A stretch of DNA of 32,000 nucleotides from Methylorubrum extorquens (GTDB lineage Bacteria; Pseudomonadota; Alphaproteobacteria; Rhizobiales; Beijerinckiaceae). The position numbers and the translations under genes are program-made. Of this stretch, positions 26,034 through 32,000 are shown one piece after another. Under the pieces are notes generated by a model that saw only the letters and a program-made list of their open reading frames with translations, was not told the origin of the DNA and did no database searches. Every line of letters begins with the position of its first letter. The first letter of the stretch is position 1. The stretch covers positions 2,190,001 through 2,222,000 of the forward strand of contig LT962688.1 of assembly GCA_900234795.1 (NCBI GenBank). Reading direction: 5' to 3'.

Positions 26034-26885
26034 ATGTTGCCCGGTGGTGGTCACGAGATCGGCTCGCGTGGGAGCCGGACGAGCCGAGGCGGCGCCCCGG
26101 CTCTCGTTTGGCTGCTCGCGGCCGCGTGCGGCGCGCCCGGTGGTGCTTCAAGCGCTCCGCGGGTGGAGGAGGCGTGCCGGCCTTCCGCCTCGCGGGACGA
26201 CCGCCTTGCCGAGATCGGACCCAGGGGCGAGCTGCGCCTCGCCTCCGGCCGCCGGGCCGTGCTCTCCGGGCTGCGCTGGCCCGACGAACCGGCGCTCGAC
26301 GCGGCCGCGCGAACCTGGCTGCACGCCTTTCGCGGCGCACCCCTGGTTTTGACCGAACGCGGTGCCGAGGACCGCTGGGGCCGCCGTCGCGCCGACGCAA
26401 TCGGGATCGCGGGCGAGGCGGAGCCGGTCGATCTTGCCGGAGGATTGGTCGCGGCCGGGCTTGCCTATGCCGATGCCGGCGAGGCCGACACGCTGTGCCG
26501 CCCGGCGCTCCGCGTCGTCGAGGCGGCGCCGCGCGCGGCCGGGCTCGGCCTGTGGGCCGGCGGCCCGCTCGCGGCGACCGATGCCGCGGCGCTGAGCGGG
26601 CGCGCCGGGCGCTTCGCGGTGGTGGAGGGGCGCATCCTGCATGTCGGCGAGCGGTCGGCCCGAACCTATCTCGACTTCGCGCGCCGGGGCGAGCAAGGCT
26701 TGACCGTAACCGTGCAGAAACGCTCTTGGCGGATTCTGAGCGAACATGGTTTGTCTGCGGCCACGCTGAAGGGCCGCCTCGTGAGAATCCGCGGCATGGT
26801 CGAGATCGGTCGGGGACCGTTCATCGACCTCGCCGGTGTCGACGGCATCGAGGTCATCGAGGGAGAGCGGGCGCTGCGGCGCTAG
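26034..26885 (+). CDS. SNase-like (thermonuclease family) lipoprotein
   Basis: ATG 26034 lies within track ORF 25644..26885, whose upstream part overlaps the tRNA/intron. Lipobox LLAAACG. DRWGRRRADA...LVAAGLAYA and the C-terminal TYLDFARRGEQGLTVTV...GRLVRIRG resemble the alphaproteobacterial thermonuclease family. Catalytic residues were not verified. Confidence 0.5.
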   Translation: MLPGGGHEIGSRGSRTSRGGAPALVWLLAAACGAPGGASSAPRVEEACRPSASRDDRLAEIGPRGELRLASGRRAVLSGLRWPDEPALDAAARTWLHAFRGAPLVLTERGAEDRWGRRRADAIGIAGEAEPVDLAGGLVAAGLAYADAGEADTLCRPALRVVEAAPRAAGLGLWAGGPLAATDAAALSGRAGRFAVVEGRILHVGERSARTYLDFARRGEQGLTVTVQKRSWRILSEHGLSAATLKGRLVRIRGMVEIGRGPFIDLAGVDGIEVIEGERALRR

Positions 26886-26891
26886 AACGGC

Positions 26892-28394
26892 ATGACGGGG
26901 GATCGGCAGCATCAATCGGGGCGGCGGCGCGTGCGCGGGGGCGGTCGTCGGAGACTTGCGCGGCTCGGCACGCTGGCCGCGCTCGCGGGCCTGCTCGCGG
27001 CCTGCGCCGCCGACCAGACCGGAAGCGTCTTGACGCCGGCGGTCATCACGGTGCCCGAGCAAGCGCCGAAGACGACCGGGCGCACCCGATCCGACGAGGC
27101 GGACCACGCCAAGCTCGTGGCCTCGTTCGGCGGCGAGTACCGCGCGCCCGCCGCCCACCGGCTCATCACCGAGATCACCGACCGGCTGGTGCGCGCCAGC
27201 GACCGGCCGGAGGAGAGCTACGCGGTCACGCTGCTCGATTCGCCCGTCGTCAACGCCTTCGCCCTGCCGAGCGGCCGGCTCTACGTCACCCGCGGCCTGT
27301 TGGCGCTCGCCGGCGACAGCTCGGAGGTCGCGGCGGTGCTGGCGCACGAGATCGCCCACGTGACGTTGCGCCATGCCACCGCCCGCAGCGAAATGGCCCT
27401 GCGCTCGCAACTCGTCAGCCGCGTGGTCGCCGATGTGCTGAACGACCCCGTCACGGGGGCACAGCTCGAGAGCCAGTCCAAGTTCACCCTCGCCCGCTTC
27501 TCCCGCGAGCAGGAGCTGGAGGCGGACACGAACGGCGTGCGCGTGCTGGCCCAGGCCGGCTACGACCCGTTCGGTGCCGGCCGCTTCCTCGATGCGCTTC
27601 AGCGCACCATGGCGCTCAAGGCCGGCAACGGCAGCGCGGCCGAGCCCGACATGCTCGCGACCCACCCCGCGACCGCCGAGCGCATCGCGCTGGTCACCCG
27701 CGCGGCCCGGCGCATCGGCGCCCCCGGCCTCGGCGCCGACGACCGCGCCCGCTATCTCGCGGCGATCGACGGGCTCGCCTATGGCGACAATCCCGGCGAG
27801 GGGCTCGTGCGCGGTCGCCGCTTCCTGCATCCGGGCTTGAGCATCGCCTTCGAGGTGCCGGACGCCTTCGCCATCGAGAACACCCGCAACGCGGTACTCG
27901 GCACCACGCCCGAGGGCAGCCGCCGCCTGCTGTTCGATCAGGTCGAGGCGAGCGGCGACCGCAGCCTGGAGGACGTGCTGCGCGCGACCTGGAACGATGC
28001 CATCGAGGCGGGCTCGGTCGAGAACCGCATCGTCGGCGGTCGCTCGGTCGCCACCGCCCTGTCGCGGGGCAAGGACTGGACCTTCCGCCTCGCGGCGATC
28101 CGCATGGGCGAGACCACCTACCGCATGATCATGGCGGCCAAGGGCGCGACCGACCCCGAGCCGGCCTTCCGCCGCTGGCTGGAGAGCCTGCGCCCGATCG
28201 AGCCGGAGGAGACCGCCTCGCTCAAGCCGGCGCATCTGCGGATCGTCACCGCCGCTCCGGGCGACACCGTGGAGGGGTTGGCCCGCCGCATGAGCGTGCC
28301 CGACCGCGCCGTCGATCGCTTCCTCGTGCTCAACAGCCTGCAACGCGGCGCGGTGGTGAAACCCGGCCTGAGCTACAAGCTCGTCGTCGAGTGA
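26892..28394 (+). CDS. M48-family zinc metalloprotease lipoprotein with C-terminal LysM domain
   Basis: Lipobox LAGLLAACA. HEIAH zinc motif in AAVLAHEIAHVTLRH. EQELEAD third-ligand region. C-terminal LysM-like IVTAAPGDTVEGLARRMSVPDRAVDRFLVLNSLQRGAVVKPGLSYKLVV. Confidence 0.85.
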   Translation: MTGDRQHQSGRRRVRGGGRRRLARLGTLAALAGLLAACAADQTGSVLTPAVITVPEQAPKTTGRTRSDEADHAKLVASFGGEYRAPAAHRLITEITDRLVRASDRPEESYAVTLLDSPVVNAFALPSGRLYVTRGLLALAGDSSEVAAVLAHEIAHVTLRHATARSEMALRSQLVSRVVADVLNDPVTGAQLESQSKFTLARFSREQELEADTNGVRVLAQAGYDPFGAGRFLDALQRTMALKAGNGSAAEPDMLATHPATAERIALVTRAARRIGAPGLGADDRARYLAAIDGLAYGDNPGEGLVRGRRFLHPGLSIAFEVPDAFAIENTRNAVLGTTPEGSRRLLFDQVEASGDRSLEDVLRATWNDAIEAGSVENRIVGGRSVATALSRGKDWTFRLAAIRMGETTYRMIMAAKGATDPEPAFRRWLESLRPIEPEETASLKPAHLRIVTAAPGDTVEGLARRMSVPDRAVDRFLVLNSLQRGAVVKPGLSYKLVVE

Positions 28395-28465
28395 AGTGCG
28401 AGGCCGTCGGGCTTGCGCGTCCGGGAGCCGGCGCCTAGGCCGTTGACCTCGATAACAGGTCCGAC

Positions 28466-29371
28466 GTGACGCCCTCCGAGCTTCCCACCGATACCGCCGT
28501 CGCGGTCGTGTTCTTCCGTCCCTCGCCCGAACAGGTCGTGCGGATCGTCGAGCGCTTTGCCGGGCGCCTGCCCGTCTTCGTCTACGACAATGGCGGCATC
28601 CCGCCCGAGGCGCTGACGCAGCTGCGGGAGGCGGAAGGGCTCACCCGGCTCGGTGAGGGCCGCAACCACGGCATCGCCGCCGCCCTCAACGCGCTGGCCG
28701 AGGCGGCGACGGCCGCCGGGTTCCGCCGCCTGTTCCTCCTCGATCAGGATGCCGATGCCACCGTCGAGACGGCGCAGGCGCTGGGCCACGCCCTCGACCG
28801 GGCCATAGGCGAAGGCCCGCCCCCGGCTCTCGTCGGGCCGGCGCCCGCGCCGAAGCCCGGCCATAAGGCACCGGCCTACCCGCTGCGCCCCGGCGTGCCG
28901 CCCCGCGAAAACCTTCGACCGGTCGAATTCCTGGCAACCTCCGGCTCGCTCGTGGATCTGGCGACCTTCGCGCGGGTCGGTCCGTTCCGCGAGGACTTCT
29001 TCATCGACGCGGTCGATCTCGAATGGTGCTTTCGCGCCTGGGCCCGCGGCCGGAGCTGCTGGATGGACCCCGGCACCGCCATCCCGCACAGCGTCGGGCG
29101 CGGCACGATCCGGATGCGATTCCTGCCGGTGACGATGCCCGATCAGCCGCTGTTCCGCATGGCCGTCTACGTGCGCAACTCCGCCTATAGCTGGCGCCTG
29201 CCGCACGTGCCGGGCCGGTGGAAGCTGAAGCAGGCCGCCTACCTGCCGCTCCAGATCGCGCTCTACTGGAGCCGTCACCGGTTCTCGCCCCGCGTGCTCG
29301 CCCGCCTTCTCGCGGCCCTGGCCCAGGGGCTGGGCGGGCGTCTCGGCCGGCCGGCGGACGCGCCGCCGTGA
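28466..29371 (+). CDS. glycosyltransferase family 2 (rhamnosyltransferase-like)
   Basis: GTG start. AVAVVFFRPSP, NGGIP, GRNHGIAAALN, LFLLDQDA (DxD) and VDLEWCFRAW are typical of the GT2 WbbL-like group. Confidence 0.75.
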   Translation: MTPSELPTDTAVAVVFFRPSPEQVVRIVERFAGRLPVFVYDNGGIPPEALTQLREAEGLTRLGEGRNHGIAAALNALAEAATAAGFRRLFLLDQDADATVETAQALGHALDRAIGEGPPPALVGPAPAPKPGHKAPAYPLRPGVPPRENLRPVEFLATSGSLVDLATFARVGPFREDFFIDAVDLEWCFRAWARGRSCWMDPGTAIPHSVGRGTIRMRFLPVTMPDQPLFRMAVYVRNSAYSWRLPHVPGRWKLKQAAYLPLQIALYWSRHRFSPRVLARLLAALAQGLGGRLGRPADAPP

Positions 29372-30327
29372 CCGCGACCCCCGTAGCCTCGCCCTCTGCG
29401 GCGGTCCTCGACGTCGTCATCGTCAACTGGAATGCCGGAGACCAGCTCAGGGCCTGCCTCGCGAGCCTCGCCGCGAGCGAGGGGGCGGAGCACCTGCGGG
29501 TCGTCGTCGTCGACAACGCCTCCTCCGACGGTTCGGCGGAGGGCCTGGATCGGCCGGGCCTCGCGCTCACGGTGCTGCGCAACGCCGGCAATCGCGGCTT
29601 CGCTCGTGCCTGCAACCAGGGCGCGGCTTTGGGCTCGGCTGCGGCCATCCTGTTTCTCAACCCCGACACGGGGGTCAGCCGGGACGGTATCGCCGCGGCC
29701 CGTGCTCAGCTCGGCGCCGATCCCGGCACCGGCATCGTCGGCGCCCGGCTGGTCGATGAGGCCGGGCAGACGCACCGCACCTGTGCCCGCCATCCGACGG
29801 GCGCGCGCTTGATCGCCCACACCTTGTTCCTCGACCGGTTGCTGCCCGGCCGCGTCGCGCCCCACTTCCTGCTCGACTGGGACCACACCGAAACCCGGCC
29901 GGTCGATGCGGTGATGGGCGCCTTCCTGATGATCCGGCGCCCGCTCTTCGCTGCGCTCGGCGGGTTCGACGAGCGCTTCTTCGTCTACTGGGAGGATGCG
30001 GACCTTTGTGCCCGTGCCGCCGCCGCCGGCTTTGCGGTGTGTCACGTCGCAGAGGCCGAGATCCGCCACCGCGGACAGGGCACCACCGAGGCGGTGAAGG
30101 ACCGTCGCCTGTTCTACTTCCTGCGGGCGCAGACGCTCTACGCGTGCAAGCATCACGGCCGGGCGGTGTCCCTCGCCGTGCTGGCGGCCGCGCTGGCCGT
30201 GAACCTGCCCGTCCGCCTCGGCCGGGCGCTGGTACGTGGCTCGGCCGGAGACGCAGGTGCGGTGATCCGCGCAGGGCTTATGCTGATACGGGCCGTGCCG
30301 CGCCTGTTGACCGGCAGCGGTCGATGA
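29368..30327 (+). CDS. glycosyltransferase family 2
   Basis: GTG 29368 overlaps the preceding stop (GTGA). LDVVIVNWNAGDQLRACLASL, VVVVDNASSDGS, NRGFARACNQG, LNPD and FFVYWEDADLCARA. Confidence 0.85.
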   Translation: MTATPVASPSAAVLDVVIVNWNAGDQLRACLASLAASEGAEHLRVVVVDNASSDGSAEGLDRPGLALTVLRNAGNRGFARACNQGAALGSAAAILFLNPDTGVSRDGIAAARAQLGADPGTGIVGARLVDEAGQTHRTCARHPTGARLIAHTLFLDRLLPGRVAPHFLLDWDHTETRPVDAVMGAFLMIRRPLFAALGGFDERFFVYWEDADLCARAAAAGFAVCHVAEAEIRHRGQGTTEAVKDRRLFYFLRAQTLYACKHHGRAVSLAVLAAALAVNLPVRLGRALVRGSAGDAGAVIRAGLMLIRAVPRLLTGSGR

Positions 30328-30435
30328 GGCTTGCCCTCGACCGGGCATCTTGTTGTCCGCGGCGACCTCCGTCATGGTGCCGCCCTCCGGACGGTCCCGC
30401 TTGCACCCGCGGCGGGCGGCTGAACGGGGAGTATC

Positions 30436-32000
30436 GTGTACGACAGCGCGGACAAGGGCTCTCGACCGGCGGACCTCTCGCCCGCCTTGTACCGCGCGGC
30501 CTTCGACCGCGCGCCGGTGGGGCTCGCCGTGTTCTCGCCCGATGGGCGCACGATCCGCACCGCCAATCCCTGCCTGTACCGCTGGCTCGGCTACCCCTCG
30601 GGCTTCCTCGATGGCCGCCCGATCGACCAAGTGATCGGCCGCGACGCGTTCGACGGGGAGACGCCCGGGCTGAAGGCCGGCATCCGCCGTTGGCTGCGGG
30701 CGGATGGCAGCAGCCTCGATCTGCGCCTGACCCTGTCCGGAGAGGACGGTGGCGAGACGGTCGCGGTCGTGAACCTCGTCGATGCCGACGATCTCGTCCG
30801 GGCCGAGCAGAACCGCGACGCCCTGACGGCGGCGGGGCTCGGCGAATGGCGCTGGGATCTCGTCACCGGACAGATGGTGTTTTCCCGCCGCGCGGCGCAG
30901 ATCCTCGGCTACGCGCCGGGGCGCTCCGTCACCTGGGAGGGGATGCGCGGCCAGGTCGATCCGGAGGACGCCGAGCGGATTCAGACCGCGGTCGCCGCCG
31001 CCATCGCCGAGCGGCGCCCCTACGCGTTCCAGACCCGTTTCCGGCGCGCCACCGACGGTGCCGAGATCTGGATCGGCGCCCGCGGCGAGGCGCTTCTCGC
31101 CGCCGACGGTGCGCCCATCGGCATCGTCGGCGTGGTGCAGGACGTCACCACCCGGGTCGAGGCTCGGGAGGCCCTGGCCGAGCGCGAGGAGCGCCTGCGG
31201 GTCGCCACCACGGTCGCCGACCTCGGCATCTTCGAGTGGCATGTCCTCGACGACCGGGCGACCTGGGAGAACGAGCGGATGTTCGCGATCTTCGGCCGCC
31301 GGCCGGACGAGGGCAGCATCGGCAAGTCCGCCTTCCTCAAGGAAATCCTGCATCCCGAGGATCGCCCCGTCTTTCGGCAGGCGATCCTGCGGGCGCTGCG
31401 CGACGACACGATCCTGCACGCCACCGGCCGCATCCGCCGCCACGACGACGGCCTTTGGCGCACCATCGACATGGCCGGCCGGTTCGAGCGGACCCGGCCG
31501 GGTGGGCTGCCGCGGCGCCTGATCGGCGTCGTCGCGGACGTGACCGACCGCCACCTCTCGGAAGAACGCCGCAGCCTCCTGATCCGCGAGCTGCACCACC
31601 GGGTGAAGAACACGCTCGCCACGGTCCAGGCCATCGTCGGCTCGACCGCGCGCACTGCCACCAGCATCGACAGCTTCCACGAGGCCTTCGTCGGCCGCAT
31701 CAAGTCGCTCGCCCACACCCACAGCGTGCTCACCGAGGCGACGTGGCAGACGGCGAGCCTGCGCGATCTGCTCGCCTCCGAACTGATGCCCTATGCCGAG
31801 AGCGAGACCGAGACCTCGCCGGACCTGCGCATCGTCCTCGACGGCCCGGCAGTGGACCTGCCCTCCGAGATCGCCGTGCCGATCGGCATGGCGATCCACG
31901 AATTGACCACCAACGCCGCCAAGTACGGTGCCCTCTCGACGGGGCGCGGCCGGATCACGATCACTTGGAGCGTCGAGGCCGGCGTGCTGCACCTCGATTG
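30436..32000 (+). CDS. PAS-domain sensor histidine kinase, HWE/HisKA_2 type (3' end beyond the window)
   Basis: Not in the ORF track because no stop falls inside the window. GTG 30436 is 4 nt after GGGGAG (30426-30431), and an in-frame TGA lies at 30421. Three PAS-like repeats (LYRAAFDRAPVGLAVFSPDG; GEWRWDLVTGQMVFS; GIFEWHVLDDRATWENERMF). H-box LIRELHHRVKNTLATVQAIV. N-box AIHELTTNAAKYGAL. Confidence 0.85.
   Translation, partial: MYDSADKGSRPADLSPALYRAAFDRAPVGLAVFSPDGRTIRTANPCLYRWLGYPSGFLDGRPIDQVIGRDAFDGETPGLKAGIRRWLRADGSSLDLRLTLSGEDGGETVAVVNLVDADDLVRAEQNRDALTAAGLGEWRWDLVTGQMVFSRRAAQILGYAPGRSVTWEGMRGQVDPEDAERIQTAVAAAIAERRPYAFQTRFRRATDGAEIWIGARGEALLAADGAPIGIVGVVQDVTTRVEAREALAEREERLRVATTVADLGIFEWHVLDDRATWENERMFAIFGRRPDEGSIGKSAFLKEILHPEDRPVFRQAILRALRDDTILHATGRIRRHDDGLWRTIDMAGRFERTRPGGLPRRLIGVVADVTDRHLSEERRSLLIRELHHRVKNTLATVQAIVGSTARTATSIDSFHEAFVGRIKSLAHTHSVLTEATWQTASLRDLLASELMPYAESETETSPDLRIVLDGPAVDLPSEIAVPIGMAIHELTTNAAKYGALSTGRGRITITWSVEAGVLHLD

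Noticed and set aside
1-32000. Scan for CRISPR arrays, IS elements or transposases, integrases, rRNA and long direct or inverted repeats.
   Set aside because: None was seen by eye. The only repeats found are the 12-nt GGQM units and the 15-nt MTPRL duplication reported above.

Overview
High-GC (roughly 70%) alphaproteobacterial chromosome, Rhizobiales/Methylobacterium-like, mostly core housekeeping genes with a few small accessory insertions. In order:
- RND efflux adaptor and permease.
- RelE/ParE toxin with an HTH antitoxin.
- gatC-gatA with a coupled small membrane protein.
- SMI1/KNR4 protein coupled to ruvX.
- DJ-1/PfpI protein.
- Overlapping secreted SGNH hydrolase and papain-like peptidase.
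- dprA, whose conserved core is out of frame between two homopolymer runs.
- plsY, a dihydroorotase-like gene with degenerate metal ligands (PyrC'-like), and pyrB.
- A secreted protein with about 20% Met, next to a coupled cytochrome b and Tat-exported Mo-oxidoreductase pair.
- topA, trmB, metK and an XRE regulator.
- tRNA-Arg(CCU) split by a 243-nt group I intron.
- SNase-like lipoprotein, M48/LysM protease, two GT2 glycosyltransferases and a 3'-truncated PAS/HWE histidine kinase.

No CRISPR array, transposase, integrase or rRNA was seen. Many long ORFs in the supplied track are antisense or off-frame shadows typical of high-GC DNA and were not called.

The most interesting items are the Met-rich protein beside the cytochrome b/Mo-enzyme pair, the intron-containing tRNA, and the doubly frameshifted dprA. 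All family assignments come from motif recognition by eye; no database search was run.
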